This document shows, piece after piece, positions 1 to 8,499 of a stretch of 13,796 nt of DNA (positions are counted from its first letter, which is position 1; every line of letters starts with the position of its first letter). The DNA lies in NCBI GenBank assembly GCA_043806595.1, contig JAZDGU010000055.1, positions 1 through 13,796 of the forward strand. Direction: 5' to 3'. The DNA is from Candidatus Micrarchaeota archaeon (GTDB taxonomy: Archaea > Micrarchaeota > Micrarchaeia > Norongarragalinales > SBBD01). The translations under genes were made by a program, and so were the position numbers. Under the pieces are notes generated by a model, which was not told the origin of the DNA, did not search any database, and saw only the letters and a program-made list of their open reading frames with translations.

Positions 1-12
1 GGGGGATTGCCC

Positions 13-927
13 ATGGAAATCGGTTATGCGAAGGACCTGCTGATACTCGCGTTCGACCACCGCGGGTCGTTCCAGGAGAAGATGTTCGGGATAAGGGGCC
101 GCGCGCCGACGCCCGCGGAAAAGGAGCAAATAGCGTCGTACAAGCAGGCGATCTACGAGGGCGTCACGCTTGCGCTCAAGGCCGGGGTGCCGCGCGAGAA
201 GGCCGGGATATTGGTTGACGAGCAGTTCGGGGAGGCCATCCTGCAGGACGCGAAGAAGGAGGGACTGACTTTCGCGATGTCCGTCGAGAAGAGCGGACAG
301 GAAGAGTTCGACTTCGAGTACGGCGAGAATTTCGGCGAGCACATCGCGAGGTTCGAGCCGAGCTTCGCGAAGGTCCTCGTGCGTCTCAACCCGGAAGGCG
401 ACAAGGAGACGAACCTCAGGCAGCTCGCGAGACTGAGGCGGCTGAACGACTGGCTGCACGGGAGCAACCGCAAATTCCTGTTCGAGCTGCTCGTTCCGGC
501 GACGAAGACGCAGTTGGAGACCGTCGGGGGGGACAAGCGACGGTATGATGCCGAAATGAGGCCCGGACTCATGGTCGGCGCGATGAAGGAAATCCAGCGC
601 GCGGGAATCATGCCCGACGTGTGGAAGCTTGAAGGCGTGGAGAAGCCCGCCGATGTTGAGGCGCTGGTGAAGCAGGGCCGCGAAAACGGGACAAAACCGG
701 GCATCGTCGTGCTCGGCAGGGGCGAGAGCGCGGAGAAGGTCGGGGAATGGCTGCGCGCCGGAGCAAACGTAGAGGGCGTCATCGGGTTCGCCGTCGGCAG
801 GACGATCTTCTGGGAGCCGCTGGAGGGCATGAAGAACGGCAAGTGGGCGCGCGGCGCGGCCGTGCAGATGATCGCGAACAACTACAAGTATTTCGTCGAC
901 CTCTGGATGGAGGCGAAAAGCAAGTGA
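13..927 (+). CDS. DUF2090 / IolC C-terminal-like class I (TIM-barrel, Schiff-base) sugar-phosphate aldolase
   Basis: ATG at 13, TGA 925-927. Motifs LAFDHRGSF, FLFELLVP, PDVWKLEG (candidate Schiff-base Lys), VVLGRG and GFAVGRTIF are characteristic of DUF2090 and LacD/DeoC-like aldolases. No PfkB kinase domain is fused. Confidence 0.85.
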   Translation: MEIGYAKDLLILAFDHRGSFQEKMFGIRGRAPTPAEKEQIASYKQAIYEGVTLALKAGVPREKAGILVDEQFGEAILQDAKKEGLTFAMSVEKSGQEEFDFEYGENFGEHIARFEPSFAKVLVRLNPEGDKETNLRQLARLRRLNDWLHGSNRKFLFELLVPATKTQLETVGGDKRRYDAEMRPGLMVGAMKEIQRAGIMPDVWKLEGVEKPADVEALVKQGRENGTKPGIVVLGRGESAEKVGEWLRAGANVEGVIGFAVGRTIFWEPLEGMKNGKWARGAAVQMIANNYKYFVDLWMEAKSK

Positions 928-1637
928 AAAGAAAGGCCGCGGAGGCGCCCGTGCAAAAGCATGAGGAACAGCCGCCGATTCAGGCGTTCTTTCTCACGCG
1001 CCCGGATTCGACGGAACTGGACAGGCTTTCGAGGCCGGACTGGAGGCCTGCGCTCAAGATGGGGTTTTTTGAGAACCGCGAGGGCCAGGCGTGCTGGAAG
1101 GCGTGGGTCGAGGACAAGACCATAGGCGAGGGCGAGCCGAGGAGGTTCTGGAGGTTCCTGCTGGCGATTGCGGACAAGTATTCCGACAACCCGCCGTGGG
1201 TCGCGTCGCTGACCGCGACTCTGGCAAGGCCGGCTTACGGCAACCGCGTGGCGGAGGCGTGGCTGCGGCACCACGCGGGGTTCGGGAAGTACGGCTGCGA
1301 AGCCGTGGAGGACGGCCTTCCCGCGGCGTACGTACGCGATTTCCTGAGCTTCTTCAACTTCGAGCTCGCGGACCCTCCGGACGTCAGCGAGAAACGGGTC
1401 AAAAAGATGCTGCGGGTCCATAGGAAGGCGTTCCCCGAGAAGATTCCCGCGGCGGAACGCGAAAAGACGGTCATGGATTGGGCGGCGACGCAGCGCAAGG
1501 TTGAATTGAGGGCGGCGGAGGCCATGAGGGGCATACTCGCCGAATACTGCACGCCCCTCGCCTACGAGGAGCGCGCCGAAGAGGAAGTGAGGAAGAGCCG
1601 GGCGCCGGGGGAAGACGGTAAGAAGTGGCATGATTGA
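924..1637 (+). CDS. Hypothetical protein (~237 aa)
   Basis: GTG at 924 overlaps the upstream TGA (GTGA coupling) and is in frame with the 747..1637 ORF. It fills the gap to the AT-rich promoter at ~1653. The product is charged and likely helical; I recognise no domain. Confidence 0.7.
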   Translation: MKRKAAEAPVQKHEEQPPIQAFFLTRPDSTELDRLSRPDWRPALKMGFFENREGQACWKAWVEDKTIGEGEPRRFWRFLLAIADKYSDNPPWVASLTATLARPAYGNRVAEAWLRHHAGFGKYGCEAVEDGLPAAYVRDFLSFFNFELADPPDVSEKRVKKMLRVHRKAFPEKIPAAEREKTVMDWAATQRKVELRAAEAMRGILAEYCTPLAYEERAEEEVRKSRAPGEDGKKWHD

Positions 1638-1652
1638 ACCGGAGGCCCACGC

Positions 1653-1692
1653 AATATTAATAAAGTTATACTAATATAATTAATATAATTTT
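1653..1692 (+). promoter_or_regulatory. AT-rich archaeal promoter/operator of the DUF4258-antitoxin module
   Basis: Nearly pure A/T stretch in GC-rich DNA just upstream of ATG 1705. It contains TTATA and a tandem TAATATAAT (1672-1680, 1681-1689). Confidence 0.6.
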
Positions 1693-1704
1693 CCGGGTGT
1701 CGGC

Positions 1705-1917
1705 ATGGAAGTGCGGTATACGAGGCATGCGCTCGTGGACTCGATGCCCGACGAGAAGATTGCAAGGGAGGAGGTCGAGGCGGCGATAAGGAAGGCGGAG
1801 ATGAGGACGAGGATTGCGGGCAACAAGTTCAAGTGCAGGTACCGGGATCTCGAGGTAGTGTGCGTGAAGACGGAAGGGTATTGGCTCGTGGTGACATGTT
1901 ACCGGATTCGTAGTTGA
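1705..1917 (+). CDS. DUF4258-family (RelE/BrnT-like fold) putative toxin
   Basis: 70 aa with N-terminal Y-T-x-H-A, an I-x-x-E-E-V-x-x-A-I helix and C-terminal VVTCY. It sits directly upstream of a YgiT-type Zn-finger gene, the usual DUF4258 pairing. Confidence 0.75.
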   Translation: MEVRYTRHALVDSMPDEKIAREEVEAAIRKAEMRTRIAGNKFKCRYRDLEVVCVKTEGYWLVVTCYRIRS

Positions 1918-1936
1918 GTGGAGGCGGTGGTGGAGA

Positions 1937-2275
1937 ATGAAGTGCCCGGTCTGTGGAAAAGGCATCCTGAAGCGGCAGAAGGTCGGCGTCGACAAGTTCG
2001 GAGTCCCGGTCGGAAGGTTCTGGGCGGAAGCGTGCTCCGAGTGCGGCGAGCAGATTTTCAGCCCGGGGGAGGCGGCAAAGATAGAGGCCAGAATCAGGCG
2101 CCTCGGGCTGTGGGGAGCGCCGGTGCCCTCCCGCATATACAAGGTCGGCGGAAACTTCGTCGTATCAATCAAGAAGAAGGTCGCCGAAGCTCTTGGAATC
2201 GACGGGCCGGTCGAGGTAACGCTGATTCCGCAGGCGAAGAACAAGAGGTTCGTGGTGGAAATTGCCCACGGATAG
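1937..2275 (+). CDS. YgiT/MqsA-type zinc-ribbon antitoxin with C-terminal AbrB/MazE-like DNA-binding domain
   Basis: MKCPVCGKG...ACSECGEQIF gives two CxxC pairs. The C-terminal SRIYKVGGNFVVSIKKKVAEALGIDGPVEVTL follows the AbrB pattern. GGTGG-type Shine-Dalgarno upstream. Confidence 0.8.
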   Translation: MKCPVCGKGILKRQKVGVDKFGVPVGRFWAEACSECGEQIFSPGEAAKIEARIRRLGLWGAPVPSRIYKVGGNFVVSIKKKVAEALGIDGPVEVTLIPQAKNKRFVVEIAHG

Positions 2276-2293
2276 GGAAATGGGGGATCGATT

Positions 2294-3325
2294 ATGAGAA
2301 TCGGGATTCTGACGGGCGGAGGGGACTGCCCGGGGTTGAACGCGGCAATCCGCGCGGTGACGCTCAAGGCGCTCGCCGAGGGATGGGAAGTTGTCGGCAT
2401 CTTTGAGGGCTGGGCCGGACTCCTTCCCGGAGGAAAGAGCAAGGAACTGCACGCCGAGGAAGTCGAGGGCATACTTGAGATAGGGGGCACGATAATCGGC
2501 ACGTCGCGCACGAACCCCGCGAAAACCGAGGGCGGCATCAGGCAGGTAGGCGACGCGTGCAGGGAACTGGGCCTGGATGCGCTCGTCGTAGTAGGCGGGG
2601 AGGACACCCTGGGGGTTGCGGCAAAGCTCCACAAGCAGGAGAAGGTTCCCGTAGTCGGCATCCCGAAGACCGTGGACCACGACATCATGGAGACGGACTA
2701 CACAATCGGGTTCGACTCCGCGGTCAACGTCGCCGCGGAATCCATCGACCGGCTGCACACCACGGCAAAATCGCACCGGAGGGTCATCCTGGTGGAGATA
2801 ATGGGGAGACACGCCGGGTGGCTGACGCTGCGCGCGGGAATCGCCGGCGGCGCGCACGTGATACTGATTCCCGAGAAGCCGTACGACATCAACGCCGTGG
2901 CCGAGACCATCAAGAAGAGGCGCGCGGCCGGCCTGCACACCATCATCGCGCTTTCCGAGGGCGTCGAGTCGCCCCGCAGGCTCAAGGAGAACAAGGACGC
3001 CTTCGGGCACGTCGGGCTGACGGACCGCGGGCTGGCTCACACCTTCGAGGCCGTACTGGAGGAAAGGACCGGCGTGGACATCAAGGTCATGGTGCTCGGG
3101 CACCTGCTGCGCGGCGGCACCCCGACGGCGTACGACCGCGTGATGGCCTCGCGCGTCGGCAGCGCGGCCGTCGACCTGATCAAGCAGAAGAGGTTCGGCG
3201 TGATGGCCGCGGTGCACGGCAACAAGATCGAGCCAGTGGACATCGCAAAAGTCGGGGGCAAGTGGAAGACTGTACCCGAACAGGAGTACGAGCTCCTGCG
3301 GCCGTACTTCGAGGGCGACGTGTGA
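2294..3325 (+). CDS. pfkA: 6-phosphofructokinase, PfkA family (group III / mixed-substrate clade), probably PPi-dependent
   Basis: Motifs ILTGGGDCPGLNAAIRAV, GGTIIGTSRTNP, GGEDTLGVA, PKTVDHD, DYTIGFDSA, VEIMGRHAGW and LGHLLRGGTPTAYDR. Confidence 0.93.
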   Translation: MRIGILTGGGDCPGLNAAIRAVTLKALAEGWEVVGIFEGWAGLLPGGKSKELHAEEVEGILEIGGTIIGTSRTNPAKTEGGIRQVGDACRELGLDALVVVGGEDTLGVAAKLHKQEKVPVVGIPKTVDHDIMETDYTIGFDSAVNVAAESIDRLHTTAKSHRRVILVEIMGRHAGWLTLRAGIAGGAHVILIPEKPYDINAVAETIKKRRAAGLHTIIALSEGVESPRRLKENKDAFGHVGLTDRGLAHTFEAVLEERTGVDIKVMVLGHLLRGGTPTAYDRVMASRVGSAAVDLIKQKRFGVMAAVHGNKIEPVDIAKVGGKWKTVPEQEYELLRPYFEGDV

Positions 3326-3338
3326 GGGGCGCGGGGTC

Positions 3339-5033
3339 CTACTCCGGGGGGTTAAGCTTTTTCAGGTAGCCGATGATCTTCCGGGCCTGCGGCCCCGCTT
3401 GGGAAAGCCATTTGGCCACGTCCTCCCGGCGCTCTGAGCCGGACGCGAAGTACGTCAGAGTGCAGACCAGCGCCGCGAGAAGCAGCATGAAGAACCACGC
3501 GTAGCGCTGCGCCGCGCGCGCCGCCTTGACGGAAAAGGATTCGGCGAAATCGGGGTACAGGTTGTTGGCCTCGGATGCACGATTCTCCTTCTGCAGGCGC
3601 TGGTATTCGACGAGGAGGGCCTCCTCCTCTTCCGCGTCCTCGCCAAGGGCGTTTAGCCTCCTGATCGTCGCCTGCGAGCGCTCGTCGGGCGTGCCGAGCA
3701 GCGGGTCGCTCCAGCCCGGCCCGGAGGTCGGGGTTGGGGCCTGCGGGGCCGCGCTCTCGGAGCGCTTGCAATACCGCTCGGACACGTAGGAGAACGGGGC
3801 GGTCTCGCCATCGCGGCAGGAGCCCGCGCTCCACTTGCATGCGGCAGACGAAGTCGTCGTCCTCTGGGAGAACTCGTAATAGTCGGAAGGGCATGTCAGC
3901 GCGTCTAGGCGGGCGTCGAACTCGCACGAGTCGCGCTCCGCGCCCGTGCAAGGCACTTCCAGACCCGTGCATTTCAGGGTGTCCGCGTCGATTTCAACAC
4001 ATCCCAGTGCGCCGGCTTCGCTGGGCTCACACTTGCCGGTGGCGGGGTCGCATGAAATGCCGGCGCATTCTCCGAGGGGGCAAATTGCGGAGACCCCCGA
4101 GGACACGATGATCTGCGCCCAAGAGGGCTGGCCGCCGGCGGCAGTGTCCGCGTCCAAAATCTGGACCTTGAGGTTGGCGGCCTCCGCGACCGCGAGCTGG
4201 CCGTCGCCGGCGAAGGTGTCGAGGCGCTTCACGGAAACCCCGGCCGGGCTGACGATTTCCAGCGATACGGTAACGTGCGGCCGGTTCGCCAGCGGCGGCT
4301 CGATGCCCGTCACCTTGAGGGAAAAGCCGTTATTGCTCTTGGCGAGGGAGTTGACGCAGAAGAAGTAGGTGCCGTCGCCGAGGAACTTGGAGCCCGCGAA
4401 GCACTTCTGCGGCTCGAGGGCAAGCGGGGGTGAATACGGCGAGCCAGTGGCCCGCGTCGTGGGGGCCGGAGTGGCGCGCGGGGCCGGAGCCCTCGGCGGG
4501 AAGCTGCAGTAAGGCGCGTTGAGGTACGGATTGTGCAGGTATTTCGCTAGGATCTCCTTGTCGGCGTCGTTGACGCACCCGTTGGAATCGAAATCCGTCC
4601 GCGAATCGAAGCCTGCGGTGCCGGAACACTTGTTGTACGAGCGGACAAACACCGAAAAGTCCGCAGCGCTGACCTCGTTGTCGCGGGTGACGTCGGGGCA
4701 CTTGCGCTGCACTTGCGTGCCGGCGTTTATGCAGTAGAAATTCGGTGCGTTGGGTACGCCGCGGCCTCCCTGGTAGTATTGCTTGAATATCTCGAAGTCG
4801 ACCTTGTCCACGCATCCGTCGGCCTCGAAGTCGGCACGCGAGTCGTATTTCGCGCCCCCGACGCAAGAGCCGTAGTGCTGGCCGAAGAACGCGAAGTCGG
4901 TGGGGTCGGTCACGCCGTTGCCGTAGACGTCCGTGCACTTGTACGTCCCGCCCGCTCCCGAGGCTTGGCCGGCTAACAAAGAAACCGAGAGGATTGCGGC
5001 AAGAGACAGGACGCTGAAACGCATTGCTGGCAT
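3339..5033 (-). CDS. Secreted, C-terminally membrane-anchored Cys-rich protein with two dockerin-like (EF-hand pair) domains
   Basis: Likely start is ATG 5033 or 5024; the longer ORF start overlaps the lyase gene. Signal peptide MRFSVLSLAAILSVSLLAGQASGA. Two repeats of a paired Ca-loop + helix motif (DVYGNGVTDPTDF...DFEADGCVDKVDF and DVTRDNEVSAADF...DFDSNGCVNDADK). Pro/Ala/Thr linker, Cys-rich region and TM segment YAWFFMLLLAALVCTLTYFA. Confidence 0.8.
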   Translation of the reverse strand: MPAMRFSVLSLAAILSVSLLAGQASGAGGTYKCTDVYGNGVTDPTDFAFFGQHYGSCVGGAKYDSRADFEADGCVDKVDFEIFKQYYQGGRGVPNAPNFYCINAGTQVQRKCPDVTRDNEVSAADFSVFVRSYNKCSGTAGFDSRTDFDSNGCVNDADKEILAKYLHNPYLNAPYCSFPPRAPAPRATPAPTTRATGSPYSPPLALEPQKCFAGSKFLGDGTYFFCVNSLAKSNNGFSLKVTGIEPPLANRPHVTVSLEIVSPAGVSVKRLDTFAGDGQLAVAEAANLKVQILDADTAAGGQPSWAQIIVSSGVSAICPLGECAGISCDPATGKCEPSEAGALGCVEIDADTLKCTGLEVPCTGAERDSCEFDARLDALTCPSDYYEFSQRTTTSSAACKWSAGSCRDGETAPFSYVSERYCKRSESAAPQAPTPTSGPGWSDPLLGTPDERSQATIRRLNALGEDAEEEEALLVEYQRLQKENRASEANNLYPDFAESFSVKAARAAQRYAWFFMLLLAALVCTLTYFASGSERREDVAKWLSQAGPQARKIIGYLKKLNPPE

Positions 5034-5055
5034 AAATCCCCGAATCGGGGTATAA

Positions 5056-8000
5056 TCATCGGCGGTATATATTGGTTTGGCCCATGGGGGCGCCGCCGGA
5101 TTCTCCGGAATCTTCCCGGGACTTTGAAGCATTCTGCGTATCCGGGGAACCCGGTTCCGGGAATTGTCCGTCTTCCCAGGGGGGATTCGGTTTGTGCAGA
5201 GTAGAGGAATAGTACACCGCGCCGCCTAGCAGCGCGAGGGCGCCGAGGCCGGCAAGCCAGTAGTTGTAGGACGCCCTGCCCGCCCTCGCGTTAGCGATGA
5301 GCAAGCCCACGCGCTCCCTCGCCTTCGCCCAGAGCGCTTTCGCCTCGTCCCAGCGGCCCTGGCGCTCGAGCTCCCTTGCCTGCGAGATTATCTGCTGGAC
5401 CTGCCTCTTCTCCTCGCCGGAAGGCAGCTCGTCCAGCGCATCCTCCACCTCGTCGTTCGAGCTTGGAAGCGGCATGAATTTGGGCGTCGGGCACGGCGTT
5501 GGGGAGGACGGAGTGCCGGGAGCGGCGGAAGGTCCGCGGGTCGGGGTCGGCGTGCCATAGTAGCCGCCGGAAGATCCGCCGGAATAACCGCCACCCGTGC
5601 TGCCTCCGCCGCAGGTGTTGGCGTGCGCACAGGCTCCGCCGCTACAAGAATCCGATGTGCATGAATTGCCGTCGTCGCAGGAAACGCCGCAGCACAAGTC
5701 CAGCTTCACGCACGCGCCCCACGAGGAGTCCGTGCAGGCCTGCATGCCGTTGCAGCCGCCGACGGTACAGTTGCGGGTGGAATTATCGGGGGAGCATGGC
5801 TCGGGAGTCGGGGTCGGAGTGACTGTCGGGGTCGGCGTCGCCGTGGGAGTCGCGGTCGGAGTGGCCGTGGGGGTCGCGGTCGGGGTGGCGGTCGGCGTGG
5901 GCGTGGAGCACGGGCCGCAGTCGTCGCTGCATGTCGCGCACGTCTCGCCGTTTCCGGCGTCGCAGACGTCGTCGCCGCAGTAGGACTGGGAGTTGAACTG
6001 CGCCTGGAAGGAGAGCACGCCCTGGCCCGAGGCGTAGTAGGCGGTCCCCCCGCCGCCCGTCGAAACCGAGACCCTGCCGGAAGGCGCGTCGACGGATACC
6101 TTGTAGACGGCGTTGGGCGCGAGCCCGAAGAAGCGGAACTGCACGGCCGCGGGGGCGTTGACGAGGAACGTAGCGGCCTGCAGGCCGTCGGCCTTGGCGA
6201 ACAGAACCGCAGTCGAAGCCGATACCAGCGCGCCCGCGGCACTGCCTTCAAGCGATTCCAGGAGCTGGACGGGCAGCATCGACTGCGTTGATACCGAGGT
6301 CGGCCAGAGGACCTGCAGGAAATAGTCGCGCTGGACGCGGCTCTTTGAGAGGAATTCGACGCGCCAGTCACCCGCCGGGTTGGCGGGGTGCTCGTTGCGG
6401 CGGTCGTGCTCCTCCTGCGTGTAGAGAGTGCTCTGGCCCTCGAAGTCGGGGCTCGGGGCATTGTTCCTGCCGGCGTAATACCACTCGTAAGACTGGGGCA
6501 CGGCATACGTGACGGGAGCGAAGGGCTTGCGGTCCTGCACGAGCTGGAGGCCTGCAGGGTTTGCGCCCCCGATGCGGCGCGAGATGAGGGACTGCAAGGG
6601 GTCGGGAAGGAGCGTTTTCACGAAAATGCGGGACGTGCCCCGGTCGGCGCGGAACGTGGCGCTGTTTTGGGACTCCCAGACGCCGCCGTAGTCGCTTCCC
6701 CCGAGCCGGGTCTCCGCGCCGTCGAGGGACGGCCGAAAGACCGTGTGCAGCACGGTCGTCTTGTTCAATGACGGGTCGGGGACGTCCACGCGGTCGAAGA
6801 CGGCGACGATGTCCGGGCGCAGGTATGCGAAGTCGCGGGTCCACTCCGATATCTTGCCCTGCGAGTACGCGTAACGCGTGTCCGAGCCCCTCGCGTAGAC
6901 GTACGAGGAGGCGTCCTCGAAGCGTGAAGTGCGGCCTCGGTAGGTGAGCCTGCTGAAGACGTTGGCAACCGGGTAGTACTGCTCGCCCAACACAAACGCC
7001 TCGCTGCCGGAGCACTCCGGGTGCCAGAAGGACGCGCATGCGCCGCCGTCGTTGTCGTGCGGAATCCCGCCGGTGGAGCCGTAGGTTTCGCCGGGCCGGT
7101 ACACGAGGAGGCCGTTGTGGGAGATGGTCTTGGCGTACCAGTTGCCGAACCAGTGGTAGCCGTCGGACTCGTCGTAGTTGGCGCCGTGGATTATGAGGGG
7201 GTCGTCCCCGCGCGCGATTATGAAATGGTTCTGCGAGCCGTCGTGGCCGGCGACCAGCGCGGGACCGCTGAAGAAGCCCACATGGATGTCGTTCTCGTAG
7301 TCCTGGTAGTCGGCCTTCCACGAGTCGCGGGCGTACATGATGCCGGAGCCGTTGCAGAACCACGAGAGGGGCATCGAGCTCAGGGGGGCGGAAGGCAGGG
7401 CGGGGTCGTAGAAGAGGAAGAACTCCATTGATTTCGCGGAGGGGGCGTAGTAGTTCGCGATGTTCTGGATCACGGGGTCCTGGTAGCGGGTGGCGAGAAG
7501 GAAGGCAGTCGTCCCGAGCGCAGCGTCGCCGATGTTGCCACTGTACTTGCCGGGACCGTCGGCGATGACGTTGTCGTTGCGCGTGCGCATGAGCACGTAC
7601 CGCCCGCTGTTGCGCAGGTAGTCGAATCCGGGGAAAAGGTTCTGCCCCGTCGCGGAATATATCGCCTCGGTGTAGTACATGGTCGCGCCGAGCGTGGGGC
7701 CGGTGTAGCCCGGCTTGCATCCGCCTCCCGCAATCTCGTTAAGGACGGGAAGGAAGGCGTGCTTCATCCAGTAGAAGGTCTCGTTGGCGCCCCTCCACGC
7801 AAGCGACGCGTTAAACTCGTCCAAAAAGGCCTCCCCGAGGATGGAAAGCGGGTACGGCCAGTAGTCGCCGACAGGCGCCCACGGGATATAGAGCGCCCGG
7901 TTCTTGAAGGCGTTAATGAAGCGCTGCGTTCCGTTGAGCAGGTAGAACGAATACCTCTGGCGGTCCTGCAAGGAAAGGTAGGGATAGGTCCAGTCGTAGA

Positions 8001-8499
8001 AGAGGCCCATGTCGATTCCGAACTGGCTGTTGCCTTCGGCCTGCGTTTTCCTTACCCCGGCCTCCCAGTCCCCGACCTCCCTGTCGGCGAAGCGTTTTGC
8101 GGAGTCGCAGAAGGTCGCGTTGCCGTTCTCAATCATGCAGAAGAAGGACATTTCCGCGAGGAAGTAGGTTGGGGAGCCGGTGTAGTCCAGGTAGTTGTCG
8201 ATCGTCTCCTTGCGCGAGACGTACTGCGGCCTGAGCACCCCGAAGTTGGGGCAGCTGCCCTCGTTTCCGGGAATGCCGAACCTGCATCGCAGCACTGGCA
8301 GACGCTCCTGCGTCACGAGGATGCGCGGGTGGTCGCCTCGGACTACGAACTCGCACTGGTTGCCGCAAACGGGCCCGCAGTCGACCCCCTGCTCGCCGCC
8401 GTTCCAAAGGCCGTCACTGCAAGATGCCGCTGCTAGCCCGAAGAATGCTAGGACGATGGCAAGATGGATTTTCACGGGCAATCCCGAATACCGATTCAC
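5056..8499 (-). CDS. Secreted, membrane-anchored heparinase II/III-like polysaccharide lyase (1147 aa)
   Basis: GTG start overlaps the lrp stop (GTGA). Signal peptide, then Cys motif CSDGLWNGGEQGVDCG and HPRILVT. Heparinase II-like motifs GSGIMYARDSW, AKTISHNGLLVYRPGE...NDGG, VFDRVDVPDP...VLHT...P and GDWRVEF...DYFLQVL. These are followed by Cys-rich repeats, a PT linker and TM YWLAGLGALALLGGAVYY. Confidence 0.8.
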   Translation of the reverse strand: MNRYSGLPVKIHLAIVLAFFGLAAASCSDGLWNGGEQGVDCGPVCGNQCEFVVRGDHPRILVTQERLPVLRCRFGIPGNEGSCPNFGVLRPQYVSRKETIDNYLDYTGSPTYFLAEMSFFCMIENGNATFCDSAKRFADREVGDWEAGVRKTQAEGNSQFGIDMGLFYDWTYPYLSLQDRQRYSFYLLNGTQRFINAFKNRALYIPWAPVGDYWPYPLSILGEAFLDEFNASLAWRGANETFYWMKHAFLPVLNEIAGGGCKPGYTGPTLGATMYYTEAIYSATGQNLFPGFDYLRNSGRYVLMRTRNDNVIADGPGKYSGNIGDAALGTTAFLLATRYQDPVIQNIANYYAPSAKSMEFFLFYDPALPSAPLSSMPLSWFCNGSGIMYARDSWKADYQDYENDIHVGFFSGPALVAGHDGSQNHFIIARGDDPLIIHGANYDESDGYHWFGNWYAKTISHNGLLVYRPGETYGSTGGIPHDNDGGACASFWHPECSGSEAFVLGEQYYPVANVFSRLTYRGRTSRFEDASSYVYARGSDTRYAYSQGKISEWTRDFAYLRPDIVAVFDRVDVPDPSLNKTTVLHTVFRPSLDGAETRLGGSDYGGVWESQNSATFRADRGTSRIFVKTLLPDPLQSLISRRIGGANPAGLQLVQDRKPFAPVTYAVPQSYEWYYAGRNNAPSPDFEGQSTLYTQEEHDRRNEHPANPAGDWRVEFLSKSRVQRDYFLQVLWPTSVSTQSMLPVQLLESLEGSAAGALVSASTAVLFAKADGLQAATFLVNAPAAVQFRFFGLAPNAVYKVSVDAPSGRVSVSTGGGGTAYYASGQGVLSFQAQFNSQSYCGDDVCDAGNGETCATCSDDCGPCSTPTPTATPTATPTATPTATPTATPTPTVTPTPTPEPCSPDNSTRNCTVGGCNGMQACTDSSWGACVKLDLCCGVSCDDGNSCTSDSCSGGACAHANTCGGGSTGGGYSGGSSGGYYGTPTPTRGPSAAPGTPSSPTPCPTPKFMPLPSSNDEVEDALDELPSGEEKRQVQQIISQARELERQGRWDEAKALWAKARERVGLLIANARAGRASYNYWLAGLGALALLGGAVYYSSTLHKPNPPWEDGQFPEPGSPDTQNASKSREDSGESGGAPMGQTNIYRR
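5801..5907 (-). repeat. Coding 12-bp degenerate tandem repeat (PTAT)n linker in the lyase
   Basis: Translation STPTPTATPTATPTATPTATPTATPTPTVTPTPTP; third codon positions vary between units. Confidence 0.9.

Noticed and set aside
5801..5907. Tandem repeat as a non-coding repeat element
   Set aside because: It is explained as a Pro/Thr linker within the lyase CDS.
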